Shown: piece by piece, positions 63,651 through 64,000 of the stretch
Numbering within the stretch: the first letter of the stretch is position 1
How the letters are laid out: each line of letters starts with the position of its first letter
Source: Octopus bimaculoides
Lineage: Eukaryota
Assembly (NCBI RefSeq): GCF_001194135.2
Contig: NC_068983.1
Coordinates: forward strand, 72,476,030 to 72,540,029
Reading direction: 5' to 3'
DNA: 64,000 nt
Translations under genes and position numbers: made by a program
Notes under the pieces: generated by a model
Database searches by the model: none
Told to the model about the DNA's origin: nothing
The model's input: only the letters and a program-made list of their open reading frames with translations

Positions 63651-63830
63651 AAGTGTGCTTGTGTGTGGGGATGGGTGTATTGGGGTGTGTGACACATAAA
63701 CACACACAAACATAGATACACACATATCCACACATAAAATCAAACATACATACACACACGTATATACACAAACACGCATACATACATACACTCATATGTA
63801 TACACACAGCAACACCAATACATGTCACCA
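63484..63830. repeat. (TA)n and (CA)n microsatellite-rich tract
   Basis: Direct observation. Confidence 0.9.
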
Positions 63831-64000
63831 CCAAATGTAACTACTGCTACTAACCTGTCAAAACCACTCCTTCAAAACATACATCCACACTCCCTTGCCT
63901 TCAAAAACCACTTTCTCTATCTCTCTTCACTCCAGTCTCACTTCAATCATATAACCACACATACTTTTCTCAGATAATTCTTCTCCTTCTCTTGGAACAT

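Overview
AT-rich, microsatellite-dense eukaryotic DNA with four assembly gaps. The repeat content (RTE LINEs with (GAT)n tails, tRNA-derived SINEs, mariner/Tc1 and hAT relics, long (TA)n/(CA)n arrays) resembles an octopus (coleoid cephalopod) genome. That assignment is by recognition, not a database hit. No host gene could be identified with confidence. Nearly all protein-like ORFs are decayed transposon fragments (RTE, CR1/L2-like, R4/Dong-like, Penelope-like, mariner, maT-like, hAT) or microsatellite read-through, and only a few weak orphan exon candidates remain. The best find is a candidate hammerhead ribozyme on the minus strand at 62667-62741. All core elements and stems I and III are present, but the three strands are in a non-circularly permuted order. 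A second, diverged half-copy lies at 63440-63483. Other notable structures are a ~550-bp inverted segmental duplication around a 2-kb spacer (27421-30485), a 5'-inverted RTE LINE with twin-priming geometry (41750-42790), and a mariner derivative built from two inverted 5' ends (61576-62453). Coordinates were counted by eye and may be off by a few bases. Identity figures are visual estimates.
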